In this document: positions 27,452 through 37,417 of the stretch, piece by piece | How the letters are laid out: the number at the start of each line of letters is the position of its first letter | Numbering within the stretch: position 1 is the stretch's first letter | From: Minisyncoccota bacterium | GTDB lineage: Bacteria; Patescibacteriota; Minisyncoccia; Phycocordibacterales; UBA6065 | Length of the DNA stretch: 64,000 nt | Assembly (NCBI GenBank): GCA_036400935.1 | Contig: DASWWW010000002.1 | Coordinates: 201,529 to 265,528 of the forward strand | Direction of reading: 5' to 3' | The notes under the pieces: model-generated | What the model was told of the DNA's origin: nothing | What the model saw: the letters and a program-made list of their open reading frames with translations, nothing else | Databases searched by the model: none | Translations under genes and position numbers: made by a program

Positions 27452-27934
27452 CTAATTGAACATCATCTTTGCCCCGCCTTTTACGTCGAGGATGAGCTGC
27501 CCTCGCCCGTTGAACTGGTATGCGGTAGCGGATTGGAGCAAGTCCTTGAAGGCGGCCTCGTGCGAGCCTCCGCAGGCCATCTCGGTCGAGACAATCGGGC
27601 TAAGTGAGATCGCGCCGCCGATTCCCGTGTCAGTCGACGTGTACGTGCCCGAACCGCTGTTGCAATCGGTCCAGATAACGAACGTACCGTCAGTATTGAG
27701 CGCGAGCGAGAACTTGCCCGCCGGATTCCTCGAATCTATCCATCGCCACACGGTCATATCGAGAGCCATGCGATTCGGATCGGCCTCGCCGTCGAGATTC
27801 TCGCCGATAGGCGCAGGCGGGACGGGCTTTGCGCAGCATGTATGGAACGTCAGCCCGTTATATACATATATAGAAAGCGACACGAACACCAAGACGCCGA
27901 GAGTGATGAGAAACTTTTTGGTAGATTTTTTCAT
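27452..27934 (-). CDS. META/HslJ-domain (DUF306) lipoprotein-like protein
   Basis: 160 aa; signal/TM; MACGGSHEAAFKDLLQSATAYQFNGRGQLIL typical META domain. Confidence 0.7.
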   Translation of the reverse strand: MKKSTKKFLITLGVLVFVSLSIYVYNGLTFHTCCAKPVPPAPIGENLDGEADPNRMALDMTVWRWIDSRNPAGKFSLALNTDGTFVIWTDCNSGSGTYTSTDTGIGGAISLSPIVSTEMACGGSHEAAFKDLLQSATAYQFNGRGQLILDVKGGAKMMFN

Positions 27935-27937
27935 ATG

Positions 27938-28993
27938 TTATTGCAACGGCACGAACCCGAACAAGCGCAAAAAGAATGCCATCGGATAGTCGTACCAGCG
28001 GAGCTTGCCGCCGCGGTCGCTCTGGGCCTTGGACTTTTCGAAGGCAACGCCCTCGGCGCGCCAGCCGGCGATGATCTCGGAGAGGTCCTTTACCATTTCC
28101 GGATCATGGAAGAAGATGCCGCCCTCGATATTGAAATTGAATGACAGGAGGTCGAGATTCTGCGAGCCGATGATGCCCTCCTTGCCGTCGACGAGCATGG
28201 CCTTTGAGTGATTCATGCCCGGGGTCTGGAGGATGGTCGCGCCGGACGATGCGAGGCTCGCCGCATACGACCTGTTAATGCCGTTTACAAAGAAATAGTC
28301 GGTAGCCTCGGGCAAGAGGATCTCTACGCGCACGCCTCGCAGGATAGCCTGATGGATATGGGCGATGAACCAACGCGGCGGAAAGAGGTACGGCGTGACG
28401 AAGACGATCGACTCGCGGGCGCGGTCGAGGCGCTCGATGTAGTACTTGCGGAAAAGGTGCCTGCGGCGGCCGATGCCGTGGTCTACGAACCAGAGGCTTG
28501 CCCGCCGCAGGGGGTTTTCAGGGATGACGGCCTCGACGAACTGCGACTTGCCGCCGAGCTTGCGGTACACGCGGGCAAACGACCGGACGACCGATTCCAC
28601 GACCGGTCCCTGGACCTGCGCCTGCAGGTCTCGCCAGGTGGCGTATTTCGCGCCGACGTTGACGCCGCCGATAAAGGCAACTTTCTCGTCGATGATCAGG
28701 ACTTTGCGATGGAGGCGCGAGAAGAAGAAGCTGCAAAACAACACTTCCCCACCCGCAGCACGAATACGGCCGACAGCGTCGCTCAGGAAATTGTAGCTGC
28801 CCACCACGTCGAGGATGACGATCGTGCGCACGCCGCGCTTTGCCGCAGCCTCGAGAGCGTCAAAGAATTCGCGGCCGCGCGCATCGTCGTCGAGGATATA
28901 CATCTCGAGGTATATGCTCTTGTTGGCGCCGTGTATCGCTGCCAGCATGCCCTCCCAAGCCTTCTCCGAGCTGCTAAAGATGCGGTATTTCAT
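27938..28993 (-). CDS. phospholipase D-family protein (two HKD motifs; ClsB/cardiolipin-synthase-like)
   Basis: 351 aa; HKD motifs HRKVLIIDEKVAFIGGVN and HSKAMLVDGKEGIIGSQN. Confidence 0.75.
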   Translation of the reverse strand: MKYRIFSSSEKAWEGMLAAIHGANKSIYLEMYILDDDARGREFFDALEAAAKRGVRTIVILDVVGSYNFLSDAVGRIRAAGGEVLFCSFFFSRLHRKVLIIDEKVAFIGGVNVGAKYATWRDLQAQVQGPVVESVVRSFARVYRKLGGKSQFVEAVIPENPLRRASLWFVDHGIGRRRHLFRKYYIERLDRARESIVFVTPYLFPPRWFIAHIHQAILRGVRVEILLPEATDYFFVNGINRSYAASLASSGATILQTPGMNHSKAMLVDGKEGIIGSQNLDLLSFNFNIEGGIFFHDPEMVKDLSEIIAGWRAEGVAFEKSKAQSDRGGKLRWYDYPMAFFLRLFGFVPLQ

Positions 28994-29105
28994 TGGGGAT
29001 AGTATGCCACAAAGGGCGAAATTTAGCCTCTATCCGATATGAGATAAAGAAAAGATAAAAATGGGGACAGCGTAGACTTTGACTCAGGCGGCGAGACTGG
29101 TATTA

Positions 29106-29546
29106 TCAGGCTTTGGGGAAACCCACCGATCCAGGATGAGAATCCTGGTGATGATCGCAGAGCTCGAGCAATGCCTCGAGCTTTTGCTTTACAGAAACAA
29201 ATTGACCGCCCTCAAGAGCTCCCACTCTTCTTTGAAACCTATTCGAGGAGAACATCCTTACCTGATACAAAAGAGCATACCGAAGTTCGCCGTTAACCAA
29301 AATCTCAGAAAACCACGACCCATCCTTTCTCTGAGTTGAAATAGGAATACCCACGTAACTCGATCGTGACAGTTTCCTCAACACTAAAACCGGCCGATTA
29401 AACGTGCCCCCTTTACCACATGATTCGTTCCCGATATTTATACCGACGGAACACCACCAAATTTCCCCTTCTTTAAAGAAGACCTCGATCGACTTGCTCT
29501 CAATTGCCTTCTTCTGCTCGTTCCATGCATCAAAATTCTTTTCCAT
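29106..29546 (-). CDS. PemK/MazF-like toxin-fold protein (solo)
   Basis: 146 aa; GEIWWCSVG...GNESCGKGGTFNRPVLVL...YVGIPISTQ matches MazF/PemK family signature; no small antitoxin ORF evident upstream. Confidence 0.5.
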   Translation of the reverse strand: MEKNFDAWNEQKKAIESKSIEVFFKEGEIWWCSVGINIGNESCGKGGTFNRPVLVLRKLSRSSYVGIPISTQRKDGSWFSEILVNGELRYALLYQVRMFSSNRFQRRVGALEGGQFVSVKQKLEALLELCDHHQDSHPGSVGFPKA

Positions 29547-29589
29547 TTATCAAGCATGGCAATAAGCCGATAAAGAAAGCATAAAAAAG

Positions 29590-29612
29590 AGAGCCGTTGG
29601 CTCTCTAGGACT
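29590..29612 (-). terminator. rho-independent terminator
   Basis: agagagccgttggctctct hairpin, on minus strand followed by TTTTTTAT; overlaps stop of 29605..30126. Confidence 0.45.
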
Positions 29613-30126
29613 TCTTTGATTTCTTCCGCTTCTTGATCTGCTCAACAAGCATTTCAAACAGCCTTGAAGCGATCGGATTCGGATATTTCTCCAGATGCGC
29701 GCAGAGGGCGTCATTGGGGATCATGCCGAGGTTGTGGGCAGTGAGAAGCATCGCCGCTTCCGACGCGTAGAACGAGACTCCGGCGAAGGTCAGCACGTAG
29801 CCGTCCACAAGAACCGAAGCAGCCGGATGCCTCATGCGCACTTCCTGGCTCATATAGCCGCTGCGGGCAACGAGATTCCCGTCCTGCAGTGCTCTTGCCA
29901 GGTCGCGAACGGCGTCCATCTGAGAAGACTTGCCGAGAATAGATGCGGTTATGAGATATTCCCGCCTTGCGCAGTGCAGAGCGAAGTATCCGCCAATCTC
30001 CTTTGGGGCCGAAGGGCAAAAGGCGACCGCGGCCTTGACCGCGCTGGCCACGACGTAGATATCTTCAGGACGAAAAGGAAACTTCTCGCGAGACGCTTTC
30101 CTGCAATTACCATTGCTGGTTTTCAT
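29605..30126 (-). CDS. hypothetical protein
   Basis: 173-aa ORF flanked by terminators; no motif recognised; basic C-terminal tail KKRKKSKKS. Confidence 0.45.
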   Translation of the reverse strand: MKTSNGNCRKASREKFPFRPEDIYVVASAVKAAVAFCPSAPKEIGGYFALHCARREYLITASILGKSSQMDAVRDLARALQDGNLVARSGYMSQEVRMRHPAASVLVDGYVLTFAGVSFYASEAAMLLTAHNLGMIPNDALCAHLEKYPNPIASRLFEMLVEQIKKRKKSKKS

Positions 30127-30199
30127 TGTGTGAGAGAACGAGGATTGAAATGAGTACGGTGCCAGGCTTTAGACTAGCTATGCCAGCTTAAAAGTCAAA

Positions 30200-30232
30200 C
30201 GAAAAGCGCGCCGTAAGGCGCGCGCTTCTTTC
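30200..30232 (-). terminator. rho-independent terminator downstream of ABC-F gene
   Basis: aagcgcgccgtaaggcgcgcgctt hairpin; minus-strand T-run follows. Confidence 0.5.
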
Positions 30233-30246
30233 AGTATTTTCTTGTT

Positions 30247-31698
30247 TTACTTATCCAAATCGAGCGTCTCGTCGATCCTGATCTGGCTTACGAATTCGGG
30301 GACGTGGGAGACGAGGATCATGGCGCCCTCGTACTCGTCGAGAGCCTTGGCGATCACAGGCAGGTGACGGAAGTTTATATGGTTGGTCGGCTCGTCCAAG
30401 ATGAGGAGGCCCGGCTTCTGCAAGACCAGTCGCGCGAACGCCACGAGGCCCTTCTGCCCTTCCGACAATGCGCCGATCTTGGTATCCATCATGTCGCCGT
30501 GGATGAGGAAGCCCGCCGCGGTGCTGCGGATGTGCTGCTCGATATGGGTAGCGGACGCCGAGAGGAGCGACTCATACACGGTATCCTCGAAATTGAGGGT
30601 CGAGAAATCCTGCCGGTAATAGCCGACGCGGATGCCGTCTGAAATGATAGCCTGCGGATTCTTGCCCGTAGCGAGGGATTCGAGCAGGGTCGACTTGCCG
30701 ATGCCGTTAGGGCCGCGGAGCAAGAGGTGATTCTTGCGCTTGAGCTTTATGTTGCAGGTGCGCTTGGTTGCCTTGTGGTCCCTGATGACCTGGTAGCCGG
30801 TAATATTCAAAATGACGCCCGTAAAGTCAGGCTGCGACGGGATGGTGAAGGGGCGGATGGTCTTGTCCTCCTTGCGGACCTCGACGATGTCCTCCTCGAG
30901 CTCCTCCGCCTTCTCGCGCATGCGCTTTGCCACGAGGCGCATCTGGCCTCCCTTGTTCGAGAAGGCGTTCGCCTGGTCCTTCTTTTCCTGGATCTCTTTC
31001 TGCAAAAGGGCGTTGGCGCGGTTCTCCCTGTCGACGCGCGCGGTGATGTCCTTCAATACGTCGTAGTAGTCGCCTACGTACTGCTCCACCTTTCGAGTAT
31101 GGACGTCGAGGTACAGAACGCCGTCCGAGAAGGCATTCAAGAATTCCGCATCGTGCGAAATGACGATGACGGTCTTGCTGTAATTTTTAAGGAAATGCGT
31201 GAGGTGCTCGATGCCGGCCTTGTCGAGATTGTTCGTAGGCTCGTCGAGGAGGAGGATGTCGGGCTTCTGGATGAGGGCCGACGCGAGAAGGAGGCGCGCC
31301 TGCTGGCCGCCGGAGAATGATTTGACGATGCGGTCATGCGGAGCCTTGAAGTTTACGGCCTCGAGGATCTCGTCGATGCGCGGGTCGATGTCGTAGACCT
31401 TTTCCTTGAACGATTTCTCGAAGAAGGCGCGTACGGTGAGTTCGAGGTCCGGCCGAGGGATGACCTGGCGCGAGATGGCGATCGACAGGCCGTTTACGAC
31501 GGTGATCGTGCCGGACTCGGGCTTAAGCGCCTTGGTGATGAGGCCGAAGATCGTCGACTTGCCGGCGCCGTTCTGGCCCATGATGGTGATCTTCGATCCT
31601 CGGCGCACTGAAAAGTCCACCTCATCGAGGATGGGCTTGTTGTGTCCGTATTCGAACGACACTTCATCAAATCTGACGACGACGTCTCCTTGAGCCAT
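30247..31698 (-). CDS. ABC-F family ATPase (two tandem ABC domains, no TMD)
   Basis: 483 aa; two Walker A (GQNGAGKST; GPNGIGKST), two ABC signatures (FSGGQQARL; LSEGQKGLV), two Walker B (ILLLDEPTN; LLILDEPTN). Confidence 0.8.
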   Translation of the reverse strand: MAQGDVVVRFDEVSFEYGHNKPILDEVDFSVRRGSKITIMGQNGAGKSTIFGLITKALKPESGTITVVNGLSIAISRQVIPRPDLELTVRAFFEKSFKEKVYDIDPRIDEILEAVNFKAPHDRIVKSFSGGQQARLLLASALIQKPDILLLDEPTNNLDKAGIEHLTHFLKNYSKTVIVISHDAEFLNAFSDGVLYLDVHTRKVEQYVGDYYDVLKDITARVDRENRANALLQKEIQEKKDQANAFSNKGGQMRLVAKRMREKAEELEEDIVEVRKEDKTIRPFTIPSQPDFTGVILNITGYQVIRDHKATKRTCNIKLKRKNHLLLRGPNGIGKSTLLESLATGKNPQAIISDGIRVGYYRQDFSTLNFEDTVYESLLSASATHIEQHIRSTAAGFLIHGDMMDTKIGALSEGQKGLVAFARLVLQKPGLLILDEPTNHINFRHLPVIAKALDEYEGAMILVSHVPEFVSQIRIDETLDLDK

Positions 31699-31716
31699 GA
31701 AATTAAAGTAAGAATC

Positions 31717-32271
31717 CTAGAGTACCTTATTAATGCGGAAATCGAAAGAGTATGGGAGCCAGCGCGGGTAAAGTTCGCTGTTTCGTCCCTGTGCTGTGGC
31801 CGCGCTGGCGCTTGCCTCACCTGCCGCGCCACCCGTGCGCGCCTGCACCAGAAACCCCGTCGTCTCCCTGCCTTTGGTATACGGATCATCGAGGCTGATC
31901 TCCACGTCGAAATGGTTTTCCTTTTCGAAAACGTACGAGATGTCGAAATTGCCATTGGCATCCGTCACGTACTTTTTCTGGAAAATCACCTCGTCGCGAG
32001 ACTCGTCCCCTTTGAAGGTATCAACGACGCGCAGGACGATCGGCATGCGCGCGAGCGCCTTGCCCGTCTTGCGGTCATTGAGGCCGAAATAGAACGAGAC
32101 GCTCTCGCCGACAAGCGGCGACAAGGGCACTTGCTTCAGATAGACCGTGACGTTGCCAGCCTGCTTTTCGACGCCCGCATGAGCGAAAGCCCACGACGGC
32201 GCCGCGAAAAGCGCGACAAAAGAGACGAACAAGACGACGCGGGCAATTGCTGACAGGGGCAGATTCTTCAT
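31717..32271 (-). CDS. secreted hypothetical protein
   Basis: Track ORF extends to 32460 overlapping DEAD-box gene; internal Met at 32271 (MKNLPLSAIARVVLFVSFVALFAAPSWAFA) gives clean signal peptide and 16-nt spacer after helicase stop. Confidence 0.5.
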   Translation of the reverse strand: MKNLPLSAIARVVLFVSFVALFAAPSWAFAHAGVEKQAGNVTVYLKQVPLSPLVGESVSFYFGLNDRKTGKALARMPIVLRVVDTFKGDESRDEVIFQKKYVTDANGNFDISYVFEKENHFDVEISLDDPYTKGRETTGFLVQARTGGAAGEASASAATAQGRNSELYPRWLPYSFDFRINKVL

Positions 32272-32287
32272 ATGAAGAATCTTACCA

Positions 32288-33865
32288 CTATCGAGGGCGG
32301 TACGAGCCGCCTCGAGGGGCGCCGCCGGCGCGAGGTCCCGAAGATCGCGGACCCTTGAAGCCACCCGTTCGCGGGCCAGAGCTTCGGCCAGTGAATGCGC
32401 CGAGGTTAGGCTTGCGGCCGAATGAACCGCCGGTTCGCGGACCGCGAGGAGCCGATCCAATATGATATGGAGAATGCGCTCGAGGAGACGATGGTGACGA
32501 GAACGATCGGTACGGAGCGCGAGGCGCCGCAGAAGATCCCGCGGTCGACGTAGATCGAGGAGCGAATGATCGCGATGACGAGTATGAAGATCCGCCCGCT
32601 CGAGGAGCGAACGAAGATCGAGGTCGGAAACCGCCGCCTCGTCCTCCCCTGCCTCGGAACGATCGCGAGGGACCGCTCGCAGCCGCGCCCATGGCAGCGC
32701 CTTCGTGGCTCTTCATAGGGATAGGCTTCTTGATCAATCGCTCGATAGCGACGATGTCGTATTTCTGGTCAGGAGTAGCGAAAGAGACGGCCTTTCCGTG
32801 CTTGCCTCCGCGGCCCGTTCGGCCGATGCGGTGAACGTAGTCCTCGGACTGCTCCGGAAGGTCGTAGTTGACGACGAGGCCGATATCCTTTACGTCGATG
32901 CCTCGAGCGGCGATATCAGTCGCTACGAGCACCTGGTACTTGTGCTTCTTGAAGCCGTCGAGAGCCTCGCGCCTCTGTCCGAGGGTTCGGTTCGAGTGGA
33001 TCTCGGTCGCGGTCGTTCCGATATTTCGGAGATCGTGCGCGATGTCCTTTGCGCCATGCTTGGTTCGGGTGAATACGAGGACAGGAGTGCCCGGCGAAAC
33101 TTCGCCGAGGGTCTTTACGAGGAGGTTGAATTTCGCGCCACGATTAACGACGATAATTTCCTGCTCGACGTTAGCCGACGACGTTCCCGCAGGAGCCATC
33201 TCGATACGGAGCGGAAGCTGCATGTGCTCTACGGCGAGCTTTGCGATCTCGTTTGGCATTGTTGCCGAGAAAAGAAGCGTCTGGCGGGTCTTTGGGACCT
33301 TGGCCATGATCTCCTTGATCTGAGGGGCGAATCCAATGTCGAACATATGGTCAGCCTCGTCGAGGACGAGAACTGATACGCGGTCGAACTTGATATTTCC
33401 CTGCTTGAGGTGGTCGATCAGTCGGCCCGGGGTCGCGATGACGATGTCAGGACCGTTTCGAAGCTCCTTGACCTGTCGGTACATTGAGTCTCCGCCGATA
33501 AGTACCGCAGTTCGGATACCGAGGGCATAGCCGATCTTGCGGATAGTCTCATCTACCTGGAGAGCGAGCTCTCGCGTAGGCAAGAGAACGAGCCCGCGTC
33601 CGTTAGGATTTGCGAGAATGCGCTCGATCATCGGAATACCGAAGCCGAGGGTCTTGCCCGTACCGGTCTGGGCGATGCCGATAATGTCCTTGCCCTGGAT
33701 ACCAAGAGGAATAACCTTGCCCTGGATAGGCGTTGGGGTTATGAACGAGTTTTTCGTGAGGACGGCGAGGACTTTCTCGCTAATCCCGAGAGTATTAAAT
33801 GAAGCCGCTGCTTCCGCTGCGGGAGCGGGAGCCTGTGCCGTTTCCGGCGTCTTATGTGTTGTCAT
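32288..33865 (-). CDS. DEAD-box ATP-dependent RNA helicase with Arg/Gly/Ser-rich C-terminal tail
   Basis: 525 aa; motifs AQTGTGKT, PTRELA, DEAD, SAT, HRIGRTGRGG; ~150-aa low-complexity RG/SGPR tail. Confidence 0.85.
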   Translation of the reverse strand: MTTHKTPETAQAPAPAAEAAASFNTLGISEKVLAVLTKNSFITPTPIQGKVIPLGIQGKDIIGIAQTGTGKTLGFGIPMIERILANPNGRGLVLLPTRELALQVDETIRKIGYALGIRTAVLIGGDSMYRQVKELRNGPDIVIATPGRLIDHLKQGNIKFDRVSVLVLDEADHMFDIGFAPQIKEIMAKVPKTRQTLLFSATMPNEIAKLAVEHMQLPLRIEMAPAGTSSANVEQEIIVVNRGAKFNLLVKTLGEVSPGTPVLVFTRTKHGAKDIAHDLRNIGTTATEIHSNRTLGQRREALDGFKKHKYQVLVATDIAARGIDVKDIGLVVNYDLPEQSEDYVHRIGRTGRGGKHGKAVSFATPDQKYDIVAIERLIKKPIPMKSHEGAAMGAAASGPSRSFRGRGGRGGGFRPRSSFAPRAGGSSYSSSRSFAPRSTSTAGSSAAPRAPYRSFSSPSSPRAHSPYHIGSAPRGPRTGGSFGRKPNLGAFTGRSSGPRTGGFKGPRSSGPRAGGAPRGGSYRPR

Positions 33866-33994
33866 TATTGTTATGCGTCCCGAGTCCGTGAGTCACATAC
33901 AATGACAATAGAATCAGAGCGCGGTTTCGCCTCTATAAAGGAGGAGAATTAAGCTGTAATACAATTATAGCACGTCTTGTGCCAAAATGCAAGA

Positions 33995-34333
33995 CTACGA
34001 CTGTGGCGTGACGACGCAGTCAGTATAGGTCTGGCGGCCGTTTTCCTCTATGAATGCGGTATTTCCCTTGTTCCAAAATACGAAGCTCTGATCGACGTTG
34101 GCGTATCGCGCGCCTGAGGCAGAGATGGTCTGAGCGAGAGTGATTTTGCGGCCGCTCGAGAGGTCGAGGGTGACGGCCTGAGGCTTGAAGCTGGCATTGA
34201 TGCCCTTGTCCTGGGCGCATGCGAAGAAGACCTTTGGATCTGCATCGTGGCCGTTGCTCCTCCAGATGAGGAAGCTGACCAGCACGACCGCTACGATGCC
34301 GACTACCACGAAAATTTTACGATCTTTTTTCAT
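33995..34333 (-). CDS. MliC-family (membrane-bound lysozyme inhibitor of C-type lysozyme)-like protein
   Basis: 112 aa; N-terminal TM anchor; SASGARYAN...FWNKG motif conserved in MliC/PliC domain. Confidence 0.6.
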   Translation of the reverse strand: MKKDRKIFVVVGIVAVVLVSFLIWRSNGHDADPKVFFACAQDKGINASFKPQAVTLDLSSGRKITLAQTISASGARYANVDQSFVFWNKGNTAFIEENGRQTYTDCVVTPQS

Positions 34334-34345
34334 ATACCCCCTATT

Positions 34346-36016
34346 TTATTCCGCTTTCTTCTTTGGGGCAAATCCCAAAATGGCCCTAGCGAGCCTGATA
34401 TGGAGGAAAGAGACGTTGGCGCCGACCTTGTTTTTGACCGGAGTGAGCATAACGTCGTCTGAATCGGCCGTAAGCTCGGTAATCGCGTCCTCAATCTTCT
34501 TCCAGTGGGATGCCGAGATCTCGTATTTGAGGTACGAGATGTCGACGGGCGCGCCGAGCTCTATCAGTTTCTCGATATGGGCGATGACGGTCTCCTGGGT
34601 GACTCCCCTTTCCTTCGCGATCTCCTCGAGACTCTTCTTTTCGTCGAGCAGTTCTTTGGTTTCCTCGAACGTCGAGACTTTTTTGTCCTTTGGCAGCGGC
34701 CGGATTGTGTTGAGGAAATCCTCCTGTGCTTTTTTGAGCTGCTCTGGGGTCATTTCGAGCAAGTCGGACTCGGCTTCGGCCGACTGGTTCTGCAATTCGG
34801 CGTCGAATTCGAGCACCTCGTTATGGACGCCGAGGGCCGCTTCGTTCATACCGAGGATCGAGAGCCCCTCGAGCGTACGCACGCGGGACAATGCCACGTA
34901 TCCCATGCCCGGCTCGAAGGCTTTCGACAGATCGACCTCGACGGCGTCGAGAGACATTCCTTGGCTCTTGTGCACGGTGATCGCCCACGCCAATCGCAGT
35001 GGGTACTGGTTTATCTCGGCCTTTACCTTGCCGTCCTCCTCGATCTTCCATGATGCCTTCTCCATCTTTATGACTTTGCCCAAAGCCGTGCGGATGACCG
35101 GATCCTGATTCTCCTTGCACGAGATAACGACGCCAAGGGTGCCGTTCACGTAGCCTTCCTCAAAATTGTTCTTTACGCACATGACGCGGGCGCCTACCTT
35201 TAATCGCAGCACTTCAGGCGCGAGGCAGGACTTCTTTAGGGTCGCGGCGAGCAAGTCGCGGCCCTTCGTATCCATGTAATAGTCGGTCTCCTCGTCGCTT
35301 TTGAGCTTTTCCAGCTCGGCGTCGTTGAGCGTGTCCACGTCGGCATTGTGGGTAAAGAGGCGCGTCGGCTCGACCTCGAGCTCGGCCTTCTTATTAAAGC
35401 GGGACAGGAGCATGTCGCGGGAGCCTTCGGATACGTCGCCGCGGCGGATCTCGTTCAATATAGAGAGCACGTTGTCATCCTTTTGGCGGAACTGTTCTGA
35501 CAAGTAGCAGATGGTGAAATTCGCCTCTTTCCACGATTCGGACGTATAGATGAATTGGGTCGGCGGCTCGCCTTGGCGCGATACCGGCGGCAACTGGAAG
35601 AAGTCGCCGCACAATACGACCTGCACCCCGCCGAATGGCTTTGCATTGCCCTTCATGGCGCGGCAGACCTTGTTCACGAGGTCGAAACGGAAATGATGGA
35701 GCATCGATACCTCGTCGATAATGAGGACCTTTACCCTGTCGAAGCGCTTGGACAGGTATGTCTTTTCGGCCATGGCCTCGATATCGGACTGGTTCATGCT
35801 TGCAGCGATGCCGATGCCCGCCCACGAATGGATGGTCATGCCGCCCATGTGCGTCGCGGCGATGCCGGTCGACGCGGTGATGCCGATATCGATCTCATGC
35901 TCGCGCAGGTATTTGATGTAGGAATTGATGAGATGCGTCTTTCCAGAGCCGGCCGGGCCAGTTACGAATACGTTCTTGCCTGTTTTCAGAATCTCGAGGG
36001 CTTCCTTCTGGGTCAT
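34346..36016 (-). CDS. PIF1/RecD-family ATP-dependent DNA helicase
   Basis: 556 aa; Walker A VTGPAGSGKTHL, ASTGIAA, Walker B IIDEVSM, C-terminal helicase motifs (ITVHKSQGMSLD) plus C-terminal HTH-like region. Confidence 0.75.
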   Translation of the reverse strand: MTQKEALEILKTGKNVFVTGPAGSGKTHLINSYIKYLREHEIDIGITASTGIAATHMGGMTIHSWAGIGIAASMNQSDIEAMAEKTYLSKRFDRVKVLIIDEVSMLHHFRFDLVNKVCRAMKGNAKPFGGVQVVLCGDFFQLPPVSRQGEPPTQFIYTSESWKEANFTICYLSEQFRQKDDNVLSILNEIRRGDVSEGSRDMLLSRFNKKAELEVEPTRLFTHNADVDTLNDAELEKLKSDEETDYYMDTKGRDLLAATLKKSCLAPEVLRLKVGARVMCVKNNFEEGYVNGTLGVVISCKENQDPVIRTALGKVIKMEKASWKIEEDGKVKAEINQYPLRLAWAITVHKSQGMSLDAVEVDLSKAFEPGMGYVALSRVRTLEGLSILGMNEAALGVHNEVLEFDAELQNQSAEAESDLLEMTPEQLKKAQEDFLNTIRPLPKDKKVSTFEETKELLDEKKSLEEIAKERGVTQETVIAHIEKLIELGAPVDISYLKYEISASHWKKIEDAITELTADSDDVMLTPVKNKVGANVSFLHIRLARAILGFAPKKKAE

Positions 36017-36067
36017 GCAGTGATGATACCACGCTCAGATGAAGGAAATATAAAAACAATGCGCTGC

Positions 36068-37348
36068 CTACGAAAGCAAGGAGTGCTGGACGAGCCATAC
36101 CGCGACGCATGCCAGGAATCCCAAAAGTGCCGGCGCGAACGCGATCTTGAAATATTTCTCGAACGTGAGCTCCTTCACCATGCCCATGGCGACGACTCCG
36201 GCGGCCGAGCCCAGCGCGAGCAGCGATCCTCCGATTCCTACCATAAGGGCAAGCAGCACCCAGAGCTGCGTATCCGCGATATCGAGTATCTTTATGGCGA
36301 TCGCCGTCAGCGGGATATTGTCGAGAACCGAGGAGATCATGCCAAGGGCGATATTGCCTACGATCACCCGGCCATCCGAAGGAAGCTGGCCGTATACGAC
36401 ATTCGATACCGAATCTAGGACGCCAAGGGAACCAAGAGCGGAAACCGCGAGCAATATGCCTATGAAAAATTTGATCGATCCGAGGTCCGCCTTCTGTATG
36501 AGGTGCTCGATAGTGGCGGTAAGGTGGGTTTCTGACGCTGCGGTCCTCTTGAATACGTCGACGGCCATCCAGGTCAGGCCGAGGCCGAGAAGTATGCCCA
36601 AGGCCGGAGGCAGATGGGCCGCCTTTACGACGACAGGCAGGAGAAATGACGCGAAGACGAAGGAAAGCACCACCTTCTCGCTTACGCTGATCGCCACCGA
36701 AGCCTGGCCCACCTCCGCCGTCACCCTCTCTTCCCGGCTGAGCTTGCGCGACAAGAAGCCCATAACCACGAGAAGGCTGGCGATGCTAGGCAGGAGGCCG
36801 AGCACGATTATGTCCCTTGCCGAGAACTTTTCCGCCAGCCAGAGCATTATGGTAGTAACGTCGCCGATCGGTGAAAATGCCCCTCCCGCATTTGCCGCGA
36901 ACACGATGCCTACCGCCGCCACCAGCAGGTTTTCCTTCCAGAAGAACTTCCTAGCGATCTGAATCATCACTATCGTCGTAGTCAGGTTGTCGAGCACCGC
37001 CGAGAGCAGGAACGTTATGACGAGTATGGCGCAGAACTGGCTTGCAACGGATATGTTAAGGGATGAAAGCCTCTCGCGGATGTAATCGAACAGCCGATAG
37101 TGCGCGGCGATCTCGACGAGGGACATCGCGGCCAGGAGGAATGCTATGAGGCTGAATATCTCCGAGCCCGTATGCACGATATTGGCCTCGACGTTCGCGG
37201 GATCGAAAAGGCCCAAAAGAATCCAGAGCGCTCCTCCCATCGAGAGAGCGATGGCTGACTTGTGGATCTTGAGCTTTGCCTCTAGCGTGATGAGGAGGTA
37301 TCCGAGGAAAAAGATGACCGAAGCGAATAGAGATATCATAAATGGCAA
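36068..37348 (-). CDS. ArsB/NhaD-superfamily permease (NhaD-type Na+/H+ antiporter-like)
   Basis: 426 aa, 10-12 TM helices, paired re-entrant-like repeats typical of ion-transporter (IT) superfamily. Confidence 0.65.
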   Translation of the reverse strand: MPFMISLFASVIFFLGYLLITLEAKLKIHKSAIALSMGGALWILLGLFDPANVEANIVHTGSEIFSLIAFLLAAMSLVEIAAHYRLFDYIRERLSSLNISVASQFCAILVITFLLSAVLDNLTTTIVMIQIARKFFWKENLLVAAVGIVFAANAGGAFSPIGDVTTIMLWLAEKFSARDIIVLGLLPSIASLLVVMGFLSRKLSREERVTAEVGQASVAISVSEKVVLSFVFASFLLPVVVKAAHLPPALGILLGLGLTWMAVDVFKRTAASETHLTATIEHLIQKADLGSIKFFIGILLAVSALGSLGVLDSVSNVVYGQLPSDGRVIVGNIALGMISSVLDNIPLTAIAIKILDIADTQLWVLLALMVGIGGSLLALGSAAGVVAMGMVKELTFEKYFKIAFAPALLGFLACVAVWLVQHSLLS

Positions 37349-37417
37349 AAAATAGCGTTAAGGCATCACAATAGTCCCATTTGACGTACTTTTCAAGACG
37401 TGGGCTGTGTATAACCG

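Noticed and set aside
28208-29002. 264-aa plus-strand ORF
   Set aside because: Antisense to the PLD-family gene with clear HKD motifs.
31717-32460. 247-aa version of secreted-protein ORF
   Set aside because: N-terminal 63 codons overlap the DEAD-box helicase C-terminus out of frame; internal Met gives a canonical signal peptide.
34185-35108. 307-aa plus-strand ORF
   Set aside because: Antisense to PIF1-family helicase; Ser-rich low-complexity translation.
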